Assembly (NCBI GenBank): GCA_037719805.1
Contig: JBBJLZ010000003.1
Reading direction: 5' to 3' (one strand)
Source of the DNA: Pedobacter sp.
GTDB taxonomy: Bacteria; Bacteroidota; Bacteroidia; Sphingobacteriales; Sphingobacteriaceae
Length of the DNA: 64,000 bases
The position numbers and the translations under genes were made by a program. Shown piece after piece: positions 29,912 to 38,899 of the stretch. Position 1 is the first letter of the stretch, and every line of letters begins with the position of its first letter. The notes below the pieces were generated by a model, which was given only the letters and a program-made list of their open reading frames with translations, had not been told where the DNA came from and made no database searches.

Positions 29912-29942
29912 TTTTATCGTTCATGAATTTAATTTTATCGTT
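29912..29942. promoter_or_regulatory. Direct repeat TTTTATCGTT x2 at 21-bp period (LytTR-type site)
   Basis: 29912-29921 and 29933-29942, in the divergent promoter region. Confidence 0.5.
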
Positions 29943-30024
29943 GGTAATTTTGAGGCATGCATTTTTAAAAAGATTAGGCGGTTCACATGTACTTTCGATT
30001 ATTGAAATTCCTTAAACGATACGT

Positions 30025-30255
30025 ATGAAAGATGTTCTATTACGAATTGAGTTGCTATTGACTCGGATACTTGAATCTTCTGAAGTGAACCCAAGCTCCC
30101 TGGATGTTTCTAAGCAAGATGTTTGGTTAGATGGAGTAGAAGTCAAAGCTCTACTTCATATAGGCGATATGACTCTATTTAGAAGAAGAACTGATGGGAC
30201 ATTCAAATGCAAAAAGATTGGGAAGAAGTGGTTTTATGCAAAGTCTACTTTATAA
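30025..30255 (+). CDS. Small excisionase/MerR-like helix-turn-helix protein
   Basis: WLDGVEVKALLHIGDMTLFRRR..G...KKIGKKWFY, an HTH_17-like pattern. Confidence 0.75.
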   Translation: MKDVLLRIELLLTRILESSEVNPSSLDVSKQDVWLDGVEVKALLHIGDMTLFRRRTDGTFKCKKIGKKWFYAKSTL

Positions 30256-30280
30256 CCTGTAAAAAGCATTCTTTTAATAG

Positions 30281-30316
30281 ATCAAAAACTATCAAATCCT
30301 ATCAAAATATATCATA
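30281..30316 (+). repeat. ATCAAA phased repeats (10-bp period x4)
   Basis: ATCAAA at 30281, 30291 and 30301; ATCATA at 30311. Confidence 0.7.
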
Positions 30317-30443
30317 AATAACTGATCAACAAATAGTTAAGTAATTGTCATTACGTTTGATTCAGCAATTGGAAACACCTTACCGGCCGGATGGTTAACT
30401 AGTGCTTTAAACAACAAAATAATTTAACTTAAAAAAGAAGATC

Positions 30444-31082
30444 ATGGGATTTTTAATGGGTGGACCTTACTACGATTTAATCGGGAGAACAGGTAACAAC
30501 GTTGGACGCAGAAGAAAAGGGAAAAATGTTTTCTCAATGCGTCCGTCAAAATCAACAAAACAGCCGACAATTTTACAATTGAATCAAAGGCTAAAATTCG
30601 GATTAGTAACAAGGTGGTTGAGCAATGCACTCAACGTCATCCAAATTGGTTATCAAGCTTACCAGACTACTGGTTCATCTATGAACTCCGCTGTAAAGCA
30701 AGTATTGGACGATGCGATCACAGGAGTCTCACCCAACTTTGCGCTCGACTACTCACGAGTGCAGCTAAGCAAGGGACCATTACTTGGAGCCCGCAACTGG
30801 GTAATGTCAGCCATAGCAAGTGCTGAAGTCGAGCTTACCTGGGATGCTAACGTTGGTTCAGGAAAGCATAATGTTACTGACAAGTTGATCATTTTTGCTT
30901 TTTGCCCAGTGGTTGGTGAGTTCTTAGAACTAATTGCTCCAGTTACCAGAGGCGCATTAGCGTACACATTAAGCGTTCCAGCTTCGATGAGTACTGAGCT
31001 ACTTCATGTTTGGATTTCATTCATGAATCATGAAGAGGATGTCGTTTCAAGAAGCGAATTTAGATCGATAACTCTGCTCTAA
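30444..31082 (+). CDS. DUF6266-like protein
   Basis: Gly/basic N-terminus (GRTGNNVGRRRKGK), Q..QRLKF helix, LDYSRVQLSKG and C-terminal beta-rich part; family recalled, not searched. Confidence 0.65.
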   Translation: MGFLMGGPYYDLIGRTGNNVGRRRKGKNVFSMRPSKSTKQPTILQLNQRLKFGLVTRWLSNALNVIQIGYQAYQTTGSSMNSAVKQVLDDAITGVSPNFALDYSRVQLSKGPLLGARNWVMSAIASAEVELTWDANVGSGKHNVTDKLIIFAFCPVVGEFLELIAPVTRGALAYTLSVPASMSTELLHVWISFMNHEEDVVSRSEFRSITLL

Positions 31083-31088
31083 CAATTT

Positions 31089-31145
31089 AGATTGGCCTTT
31101 GAGACAAAAGAAAAGAACGTTTCGGATGGTCTAAAAGGCCAATCT
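31089..31145. other. 17-bp inverted repeat hairpin between DUF6266 and the membrane-protein gene
   Basis: AGATTGGCCTTTGAGAC 31089-31105 and GTCTAAAAGGCCAATCT 31129-31145 (16/17 complementary). Confidence 0.7.
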
Positions 31146-31186
31146 TTCTTTAACAAAAAAGTAAACAAATTTTAAACTGAAAAAAA

Positions 31187-31558
31187 ATGAAAACAATAGC
31201 TAATGGAATACGAGAGAAGCAAATAATTGAACTTTTGAAGCCAGTGTTGGTACTCATTATTTTGATATTAGCATGGCCCTTAGTACAAATGTTACTGTTC
31301 ACTAGTGATCAGACAACTGGTTATGTGGACCCCAGCATATTAATATTGATTGTCTTAAGCTTAATATGCTTTATAGGAATGGTGGGATTAAGTGGTTGGC
31401 TCTTTATAAAGGCACTCAAATCAGTAGGATTACCAATTATTGGAAATATGGTTTCACAATTTAATACTATGGCAGTATGGCAACAAATAGGCTTCTATTA
31501 TGCTTCTTATGCGTTACTTCTTTTAGCGGGAGTTGGGTGTTTGGTAGCAGTTTTATAA
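31187..31558 (+). CDS. Small 3-TM membrane protein (holin-like by context)
   Basis: Three hydrophobic segments; overlaps the CHAP gene. Confidence 0.6.
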   Translation: MKTIANGIREKQIIELLKPVLVLIILILAWPLVQMLLFTSDQTTGYVDPSILILIVLSLICFIGMVGLSGWLFIKALKSVGLPIIGNMVSQFNTMAVWQQIGFYYASYALLLLAGVGCLVAVL

Positions 31559-32004
31559 GAAAAAACGAAAATGGTTATGGAAGAATTATCAAGTACGCCC
31601 GAGAAGAAATCGGGGTCAGGGAAACAAATAATGCAAACAGTGGTATACGTGTTGAAGCTTATCTTGCTTATGTGGGTTTCGAAAAAGGAGCGCCCTGGTG
31701 CGCGGCGTTCGTAAGTTGGGTTTATAATAAGGCTGGCTACAAACTTCCCAAATCAGCATGGAGCCCCGCGCTATTCCCGCATTCAAAACGTTCGAAAGAA
31801 CCAGAGCCTGGAATGATCTTTGGAATTTATTTTCCTAATCTTAAAAGGGTCGGACACTGTGGAATCGTAGAGTCTATCCGAAATGACTGGCTGACAACGA
31901 TAGAAGGCAACACGAACGCTTTAGGGTCCAGAGAGGGAGATGGCGTATATAGAAAGCTGAGGAAGAAGCAGACAATACGTTATTATTCAAATTGGATCCA
32001 TTAA
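31477..32004 (+). CDS. CHAP-domain peptidoglycan hydrolase-like protein
   Basis: PWCAAFVSW catalytic Cys, GHCGIV His and IEGNT motif; hydrophobic N-terminus. Confidence 0.8.
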   Translation: MATNRLLLCFLCVTSFSGSWVFGSSFIRKNENGYGRIIKYAREEIGVRETNNANSGIRVEAYLAYVGFEKGAPWCAAFVSWVYNKAGYKLPKSAWSPALFPHSKRSKEPEPGMIFGIYFPNLKRVGHCGIVESIRNDWLTTIEGNTNALGSREGDGVYRKLRKKQTIRYYSNWIH

Positions 32005-32065
32005 ATGTTTGAAAGAGATTAACAATCTTGGATCCAAATCAATTAAACTTAGTGTCTCTGTTTAC

Positions 32066-32100
32066 AAGCCTGCTCACCATTATTGGGGCAGGCTTATTTT
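32066..32100 (+). terminator. Rho-independent terminator after the CHAP gene
   Basis: AAGCCTGCTC...GGGCAGGCTT stem followed by ATTTT. Confidence 0.6.
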
Positions 32101-32218
32101 GTTTGAGCTAACATATGATTCGTTTTTTAGCTTGAGAATTTTATTAGAGTTTGGCATAAAATATAGTCTCTGATTATCGGTACTTTTGCATTCAACAGTA
32201 CTTGAATATAGAAAAATA

Positions 32219-33214
32219 ATGAACGTCGCAATAAATGGTTTTGGTCGGATCGGTCGTATATTCTTACGCACAGCCCTCGAACGAAACATAAATGTTGTCG
32301 CCATAAACGACCTCGGTGATCCCGCTACTCTTGCTCACCTCTTTAAATATGATACGGTGCACCGTGGTTTTAAAGGTCAGGTTTCCTTCGCAAATGATCA
32401 CCTGCTCATCAATGGTAAGTCCATCCGGGTATTCAGACAGCCCAATCCCGCAGCGCTTCCCTGGAAAGAATTAGATATTGATCTGGTCATCGAATCTACC
32501 GGTAAGTACATCACACGGTCCGGCGCTGAACTACACCTCCTCGCCGGTGCAAAACAGGTCATCATCTCTGCACCTTCTCCGGATAAGGATGTGCCCATCG
32601 TGGTGCTCGGTGTCAATGATGCAGATATTGATTTGAAATCAGCCATCCTTTCCAACGCTTCCTGTACCACCAATAATGTTGCACCAATGGTAAAAATTCT
32701 CGACGACAATTGGGGTGTGCTTGAAGGATACATCACCACCATACACTCCATGACTGGTGATCAGAACCTGCACGATGCCCCACATAAAGATCTTCGCAGA
32801 GCCAGAGCCGCTTCTGCTTCCATTATTCCAACCAGTACTGGCGCGGCGAAAGCGATCACCCGCATATTCCCGCAACTTGACAATAAACTGGGTGGGGCCG
32901 GGATCAGGGTTCCGGTCCTCAATGGCTCCCTCACAGATTTCACCTGCCTCCTCAAAACGCAAACTTCCATAGAAGCCATCAACGCAGCTTTTAAAAAGGC
33001 GGCCGACAATGAAATGAGCACCATCCTCGAATACACGGAAGATCCAATCGTCTCCGTAGATATTCTGGATAACCCGCATTCTTGTATATTTGATGCACAG
33101 CTAACTTCCATCGTAGGTGATATGGTCAAAGTAGTAGGCTGGTACGATAATGAATTCGGCTACTCCGCAAGATTGGCCGACCTTGTTCAAAAGATAGATC
33201 AACAAAATGGTTAA
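32219..33214 (+). CDS. gap: Type I glyceraldehyde-3-phosphate dehydrogenase
   Basis: INGFGRIGR, ASCTTN and WYDNE motifs; ATG at 32219 after a TACTTTTG -7 motif at 32181. Confidence 0.95.
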   Translation: MNVAINGFGRIGRIFLRTALERNINVVAINDLGDPATLAHLFKYDTVHRGFKGQVSFANDHLLINGKSIRVFRQPNPAALPWKELDIDLVIESTGKYITRSGAELHLLAGAKQVIISAPSPDKDVPIVVLGVNDADIDLKSAILSNASCTTNNVAPMVKILDDNWGVLEGYITTIHSMTGDQNLHDAPHKDLRRARAASASIIPTSTGAAKAITRIFPQLDNKLGGAGIRVPVLNGSLTDFTCLLKTQTSIEAINAAFKKAADNEMSTILEYTEDPIVSVDILDNPHSCIFDAQLTSIVGDMVKVVGWYDNEFGYSARLADLVQKIDQQNG

Positions 33215-33638
33215 GTACATCTCCGCAGCACAAACACTGCCCCTTAGAAGTAAGGTCCTCAGAAATGGGATCGAATTGCAGAGATGCATCTTCCCCACAG
33301 ATGCCAATGAAGATGGTTTTCACCTCGGCTTCTATACCGGAGCGGAAGTCACCTCCATAGCTACCTTCTTTTGGGAGGATTACCCCGATCAACCGGTCGG
33401 CGGAGTCCGCCTCCGGGGTATGGCCACTCATCCTGATTACAGGGGCCAGGGCCAGGGGGCAGCCATCATAAATTTTGCGCTGAGCGAGCTCAGTTCTCAG
33501 AATGCTTCTTATATTTGGTGCAACGCCCGTGTTGGCGCAGTAGGCTTTTATGAGAAATTAGGCTTCCGCATCGCCTCCGAAGAGTTTGAAATTCTAGGGA
33601 TAGGCATGCACTTTAACATGATCAAAACTTTAAGATAA
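33207..33638 (+). CDS. GNAT family N-acetyltransferase
   Basis: LRGMATHPDYRGQGQG; WCNAR..AVGFYEKLGF. Confidence 0.9.
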   Translation: MVKYISAAQTLPLRSKVLRNGIELQRCIFPTDANEDGFHLGFYTGAEVTSIATFFWEDYPDQPVGGVRLRGMATHPDYRGQGQGAAIINFALSELSSQNASYIWCNARVGAVGFYEKLGFRIASEEFEILGIGMHFNMIKTLR

Positions 33639-33656
33639 CCTTTTACTTCAAAAATA

Positions 33657-34850
33657 ATGAGAACAGTAGACGATTGTAATTTCAAAGATAAAAAAGCCCT
33701 GATCAGGGTCGATTTTAATGTACCCCTGGATAAGGAGTTTAATATTACCGATGATAAACGCATGCGCGCCGCATTGCCTACCATCAATAAAATCTTAAAA
33801 GATGGTGGCTCCGTGATCTTAATGTCACACCTCGGCCGACCAAAAGGTGGTCCGGAAGACAAGTATTCTTTGAAACACATCTTAGCTGATCTTTCAAAAA
33901 TGCTGAATGTAGAAGTTAAGTTCTCTGCCGATTGTATCGGTGAGGAAGCTGAATCTGCTGCAGCTGCGCTTGCTCCAGGTGAAGTGTTGTTGCTGGAAAA
34001 CCTTCGCTTCTACAAAGAAGAAGAGAAAGGCGACAAAGATTTCGCTGGTAAATTGGCGAAGCTTGGTGATATCTATGTGAATGATGCCTTCGGTACCGCT
34101 CACCGTGCTCATGCCTCTACAGCTATCGTAGCAGAATTCTTCCCTAATGATAAATACTTCGGTTACCTGATGGCCGAAGAGCTTAAAAATGCCGAAAAAG
34201 TAAATCATGGTGCTGAAAAACCTTTTACTGCCATCATGGGTGGCGCCAAGGTTTCTGATAAGATCTTATTGATCGAAAGCCTCCTGGATAAAGTCGATAA
34301 CCTGATCATCGGTGGGGGTATGGCTTATACTTTCGCTAAAGCTCAGGGTGGTGAAATAGGTACTTCTTTATTGGAAGCAGATAGAATGGCGCTTTGCCTC
34401 GAATTGCTGGATAAAGCTAAAGCTAAAGGGGTAAACTTATTGCTTCCACTCGATACGGTGATCGCAGATGATTTCAATAACGATGCGCAAAAAGATACGG
34501 TCGACTCTGGTCAGATCCCAGCAGATTGGATGGGTCTTGATATCGGTCCGAAGTCTATCGAGCTGTTTTCTAAGGTGATCAAAGAATCAAAAACGCTGTT
34601 ATGGAATGGTCCAATGGGCGTGTTTGAAATGGCTAATTTTGAGCAGGGAACGCGTGCAATCGCAGACGCAGTTGTAGCGGCTACTCAAGACAATAATGCC
34701 TTCTCTTTAATCGGTGGCGGCGACTCTGCCGCGGCGATCGCAAAATTCGGTTTAGAAGATCAGGTAAGTTATGTTTCTACCGGTGGTGGTGCATTGCTCG
34801 AATATATGGAAGGCAAGGAATTGCCTGGGGTTAAGGCGATTAACGACTAG
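33657..34850 (+). CDS. pgk: Phosphoglycerate kinase
   Basis: [25 protein letters not shown] and STGGGA motifs. Confidence 0.97.
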   Translation: MRTVDDCNFKDKKALIRVDFNVPLDKEFNITDDKRMRAALPTINKILKDGGSVILMSHLGRPKGGPEDKYSLKHILADLSKMLNVEVKFSADCIGEEAESAAAALAPGEVLLLENLRFYKEEEKGDKDFAGKLAKLGDIYVNDAFGTAHRAHASTAIVAEFFPNDKYFGYLMAEELKNAEKVNHGAEKPFTAIMGGAKVSDKILLIESLLDKVDNLIIGGGMAYTFAKAQGGEIGTSLLEADRMALCLELLDKAKAKGVNLLLPLDTVIADDFNNDAQKDTVDSGQIPADWMGLDIGPKSIELFSKVIKESKTLLWNGPMGVFEMANFEQGTRAIADAVVAATQDNNAFSLIGGGDSAAAIAKFGLEDQVSYVSTGGGALLEYMEGKELPGVKAIND

Positions 34851-34871
34851 CCCTCAGATGAACTTTTAGAG

Positions 34872-34904
34872 CAGGCGTTCCCTTTATACCGGAACGCCTG
34901 TTTT
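34872..34904 (+). terminator. Rho-independent terminator after pgk
   Basis: CAGGCGTTCC/GGAACGCCTG stem followed by TTTT. Confidence 0.8.
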
Positions 34905-34982
34905 GTTTACCACCGGGTTTTCGGCCTCTAAAGGGTCGCTAAGGCGCATGGTATACGCAAAATAATATGTTGAAAACTTTTT

Positions 34983-35008
34983 GTGGTAGGATGTGGTAAA
35001 AAGTGGTA
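34983..35008 (+). promoter_or_regulatory. MraZ-binding direct repeats (GTGGTA x3, 10-bp period)
   Basis: GTGGTA at 34983, 34993 and 35003 upstream of mraZ; resembles known GTGG/TGGG 10-bp-phased MraZ boxes. Confidence 0.7.
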
Positions 35009-35051
35009 GAAGTATCTATTTTTACACTAGATAAAAAGCGCATATTATATT

Positions 35052-35525
35052 ATGGTTCAGTTGTTAGGAGAGTTTGATTGTAAATTAGATGCGAAAGGCC
35101 GCTTGATGGTGCCTTCCAAGCTAATTAAGCAATTGCCTAACGTTGACAAAGAGGGACTTATCATCAAACGTGGATTTGAGCAACACCTCACCATCTATCC
35201 TCGGAAAGTCTGGGAAACGATCGTCGAAGACCTTTCCACCCTCAACCAATACGAACAAAAAACAAGAGAATTTATTCGCTATTTCACCCGCGGCGCATCA
35301 GATCTTCCTCTGGATGCTACTGGTCGTGTCAATCTGCCCAACTCTCTAATGGAGTCGGTAGGTATCGAGGTGAATGCAGAAGTAGTGCTGGCCTGCCAGT
35401 TCGATAAGATCGAGATCTGGTCGAAAGCTGCCTATGAAGCGCAATTTGATAAAGAGCCAGCCGATTTCGCCAACCTGGCGGAAGAGCTTTTAGGCAACAA
35501 GAACAGGAGGCCAAATGGAGAATAA
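35052..35525 (+). CDS. mraZ: Division/cell wall cluster transcriptional repressor MraZ
   Basis: KLDAKGRL and LDATGRV repeats; first gene of the dcw cluster. Confidence 0.95.
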   Translation: MVQLLGEFDCKLDAKGRLMVPSKLIKQLPNVDKEGLIIKRGFEQHLTIYPRKVWETIVEDLSTLNQYEQKTREFIRYFTRGASDLPLDATGRVNLPNSLMESVGIEVNAEVVLACQFDKIEIWSKAAYEAQFDKEPADFANLAEELLGNKNRRPNGE

Positions 35526-36420
35526 TTACCACGTCCCTGTATTATTACAAGAATGCATCAACGGATTGGACATCAAACCCAACGGGGTTTATGTGGATGT
35601 GACGTTCGGTGGAGGTGGTCACTCCCGCGAAATCCTGAAGCATCTGGGCAAAGACGGCGTTTTGATCGCCTTTGACCAGGATCCTGATGCGCAACGCAAT
35701 GTGATCGAAGACCCACGCTTTCATTTCGTAGATCAGAACTTCGCTTTTATGAAAAACAACTTGCGCTTATTGGGTTACAAAACGGTAGACGGTATTCTTG
35801 CTGATCTTGGCGTTTCCTCTCACCAGTTCAATGAGCCGGAACGTGGTTTCTCTACCAGGTTTGAATCGGCGCTGGACATGCGGATGGATAAGCAAGGTAA
35901 GTTAACTGCCGCTGAGGTATTGAATACCTATGCGGAAGATAAGCTGCACAAGATCTTCGGCATCTACGGGGAAGTTAAGAATGCCAGGTCGCTCGCTAAA
36001 GCAGTGGCCACTGGTCGCGTCGAAAAGCCAATCGTAACGCTTTCAGATTTTAAAAAAGTAATTGAAGCTCAGATCCCTAAAGGAAAAGAGAATAAATATA
36101 TGGCCCAGGTCTTCCAGGCACTTCGCATTGAAGTGAACGCGGAGATCGAGGTGCTCGAGAATTTCTTGTTGCAAACCGCCGATGTTTTAAAACCGGGTGG
36201 AAGGTTAGTCGTCATGTCTTACCATTCGCTGGAAGACAGGCCGGTTAAAAGCTACCTGGCCAAAGGAAAATTTCGTGGTGAGGTGGAGAAAGATTTCTTC
36301 GGCAACGAGGAAAAGCCTTTCAAAGTCATCACCCGTAAGGCGGTCATTGCTGATGAAGAGGAACTGCTTAGGAACAGCAGGTCCAGAAGTGCGAAACTTA
36401 GAATTGGGGAAAGATTATGA
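35515..36420 (+). CDS. rsmH: 16S rRNA m4C1402 methyltransferase
   Basis: HVPVLL, DVTFGGGGHS, DLGVSSHQ and SYHSLEDR motifs. Confidence 0.97.
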   Translation: MENNYHVPVLLQECINGLDIKPNGVYVDVTFGGGGHSREILKHLGKDGVLIAFDQDPDAQRNVIEDPRFHFVDQNFAFMKNNLRLLGYKTVDGILADLGVSSHQFNEPERGFSTRFESALDMRMDKQGKLTAAEVLNTYAEDKLHKIFGIYGEVKNARSLAKAVATGRVEKPIVTLSDFKKVIEAQIPKGKENKYMAQVFQALRIEVNAEIEVLENFLLQTADVLKPGGRLVVMSYHSLEDRPVKSYLAKGKFRGEVEKDFFGNEEKPFKVITRKAVIADEEELLRNSRSRSAKLRIGERL

Positions 36421-36821
36421 GTAACCGGTTTAGAGGAGATATAGAAGAGGAAGAGCTTCCAGAGGAGCTGGAGCCCAAGCCTAAAAGGAAATCGCCGGAG
36501 AAGGATAATATTTTTCGGAAGTTTTTGACAGATGGGGTAGTGAGTAAAGAAGCAGCAACGGAGGCATTGCCTTTCCTGATCTTCATCTCCGTGTTATGCA
36601 TGTTATACATCGCCAATAGTCACATGGCAGTGAAGAACATCCGCAACATTGATAAATTGAACAAAGAAGTAAAAGAATTGAGTTGGGAGTATAAATCGCT
36701 AAAGGCCGACCTGATGTTTAAGAGTAAACTGACGGAAGTAGCCAAAAAAGTAGATACGCTGGGAATTAAAGAATTAACTGAACCACCAAATAAAATTGTA
36801 GTCAGCAGAAATGAACATTAG
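36417..36821 (+). CDS. ftsL: FtsL-like cell division protein
   Basis: Single TM plus coiled coil, between rsmH and PBP. Confidence 0.8.
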   Translation: MSNRFRGDIEEEELPEELEPKPKRKSPEKDNIFRKFLTDGVVSKEAATEALPFLIFISVLCMLYIANSHMAVKNIRNIDKLNKEVKELSWEYKSLKADLMFKSKLTEVAKKVDTLGIKELTEPPNKIVVSRNEH

Positions 36822-38898
36822 ACAGAACATAATATTAAGGGTTTACCTTTCCTTTGGACTGATCGTGCTGTTTGCCGTGGCAGTATTAGTTAGGCTTGGT
36901 GATGTGCAATTTGTAGAGGGACAAAAATGGCGTGCCATGGCCGATAGTCTCTCTACAAAGTACGTCACTGTAGAAGCTGCCAGAGGAAATATTTACTCGG
37001 TAGACGGTAGTCTGCTGGCAACGTCTATACCAGAGTACGAACTGCGCATGGATACGTATGCAGGTGGAATTGCCGATGACAAGGTGTTCAATTCAAAGGT
37101 AGATTCTTTGGGATTGGCGATGTCTGATTATTTCAAGGACAAAAGTGCGAAAGCCTATTCCCGTTACCTGCGTTCTGCCAGACGGGATAGAGAACGTTAC
37201 CTGTTGATTAAACGTAAAGTAGGGTATCAGGACCTGAAAGCGGTTCGCGCATTCCCATTATATAATATTGGAAAGCATACCGGTGGTTTGATCGCCGTTC
37301 AACAAAACAAAAGGATCAGGCCATTTAAATTTCTTGCGGCCCGTACCATTGGTTACAAGAATGAAAACGTAGCGAACGGGGTTGGTCTGGAAGGGGCATA
37401 CGGACAATACATCAACGGGGAATCAGGTAAACGCCTGATGCAAAGGATCGCCGGTGGGGTTTGGATGCCAATTAATGACGAAGCTGAAATTGCACCTCAA
37501 GAGGGTGCCGATATCATTTCTACCATTGACATCAACATGCAGGATCTTGCGCAGTCAGCGTTGGAGAAACAGTTGATTGCCAGTGATGCGCATCATGGTG
37601 CCGTTATTTTAATGGAAGTGAAAACCGGAGAGATCAGGGCTATTGCCAATTACACGAAAGTGGCTAAAGGAGAATATAAGGAAACCTTCAACTATGCAAT
37701 TGCAGGTAACCAGGATCCGGGTTCTACTTTTAAAGTGGCATCTTATATGGCGCTGCTGGAAGACGAAATGGTAGATACCAACTCTATGATTGGAACAGGA
37801 AACTACAAAGTTCCAGGTAAACTCATCAAAGATTCCCACGGAAGTATTGGTGTGGTTACCGTTAAAAGGGCTTTTGAAGAATCGTCCAACGCAGCTATCG
37901 CCCAGATGGTGAACACGCATTATAGAAATGATCCGGCGAAGTTTACAGATCATTTGTACGACTGGCACCTGAACGAGAAACTGGAGTTGCAGATTCCTGG
38001 TGAGGCTCAACCGGTGATTAAGAATCCTAAGAATAAGAGCTGGAATAAAAATCAGACACTGGCGCAAATGGCTTATGGTTATGAGATGTTACTTACGCCT
38101 TTGAAAATGCTTTCGTTTTACAACGCAATCGCTAAAGACGGCAAGTATGTGGCTCCTATATTCGTGAAAGAAATTCGCAAGCTGGGCAATCCAATCAAGC
38201 AGTTTCAGGCAAGGGTGATCAATGATCAGATCGCTTCCCCGAAAACGATTAAAAAGATGCAAGCCATGTTGGAAGGTGTCTTTACCAATGGTACCGGAAA
38301 AAGCCTCGCTTCTAAATTCTATCCTATCGCAGGTAAAACAGGTACTGCACAGGTGGCAGACGGCAAAAACGGTTATAGGGCGAAAAGACAATACCAAAGT
38401 TCTTTCTGCGGGTATTTTCCGGCAGATAATCCTAAATATTCGTTGATCGTCGTGATCAATGATCCTAAAGGGGAGTACTATGCTGCATTGGTAGCTGGTC
38501 CGCCATTTAGAGAAATTGCCGACAGGATCTACGCCAGTGATGCGCAGATGTACAACAAGATCTCCACTCATCTGGTAGGGAATACAGTTAACCCGGAAGC
38601 GAAGATCGGTCCGACCAAGCAGGTGAAAAAGGTGTACAGTGCTTTAGGAATTAAGGCCCTTTATGCTTCAAAAACTGCGAAGCTGGATACGAACAACGGG
38701 GTGGCTTATGAGGAATTTAATACGGTAAAAGGGCTCATGCCGGATATCAAAGGCATGGGGCTGAAAGATGCGCTTTTCCTTGCTGGAAATGCCGGTCTGA
38801 GAACGAAAGTTAAGGGAAGCGGAAAGGTAGTGGCGCAATCCATTGCTGCGGGCTCCAGAATAGGTAAAGGCCACGCTTTAATTATAGAATTACAATAA
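36811..38898 (+). CDS. ftsI: Penicillin-binding protein (FtsI/PBP3) with C-terminal PASTA domain
   Basis: PGSTFK SxxK, SSN and KTGT motifs. Confidence 0.93.
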   Translation: MNIRQNIILRVYLSFGLIVLFAVAVLVRLGDVQFVEGQKWRAMADSLSTKYVTVEAARGNIYSVDGSLLATSIPEYELRMDTYAGGIADDKVFNSKVDSLGLAMSDYFKDKSAKAYSRYLRSARRDRERYLLIKRKVGYQDLKAVRAFPLYNIGKHTGGLIAVQQNKRIRPFKFLAARTIGYKNENVANGVGLEGAYGQYINGESGKRLMQRIAGGVWMPINDEAEIAPQEGADIISTIDINMQDLAQSALEKQLIASDAHHGAVILMEVKTGEIRAIANYTKVAKGEYKETFNYAIAGNQDPGSTFKVASYMALLEDEMVDTNSMIGTGNYKVPGKLIKDSHGSIGVVTVKRAFEESSNAAIAQMVNTHYRNDPAKFTDHLYDWHLNEKLELQIPGEAQPVIKNPKNKSWNKNQTLAQMAYGYEMLLTPLKMLSFYNAIAKDGKYVAPIFVKEIRKLGNPIKQFQARVINDQIASPKTIKKMQAMLEGVFTNGTGKSLASKFYPIAGKTGTAQVADGKNGYRAKRQYQSSFCGYFPADNPKYSLIVVINDPKGEYYAALVAGPPFREIADRIYASDAQMYNKISTHLVGNTVNPEAKIGPTKQVKKVYSALGIKALYASKTAKLDTNNGVAYEEFNTVKGLMPDIKGMGLKDALFLAGNAGLRTKVKGSGKVVAQSIAAGSRIGKGHALIIELQ

Positions 38899-38899
38899 G

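Noticed and set aside
32219-33214. GAPDH active-site variant SCTTNN instead of SCTTNC
   Set aside because: The catalytic Cys and His are retained and second-Cys loss is a known natural variant; insufficient to call epd.
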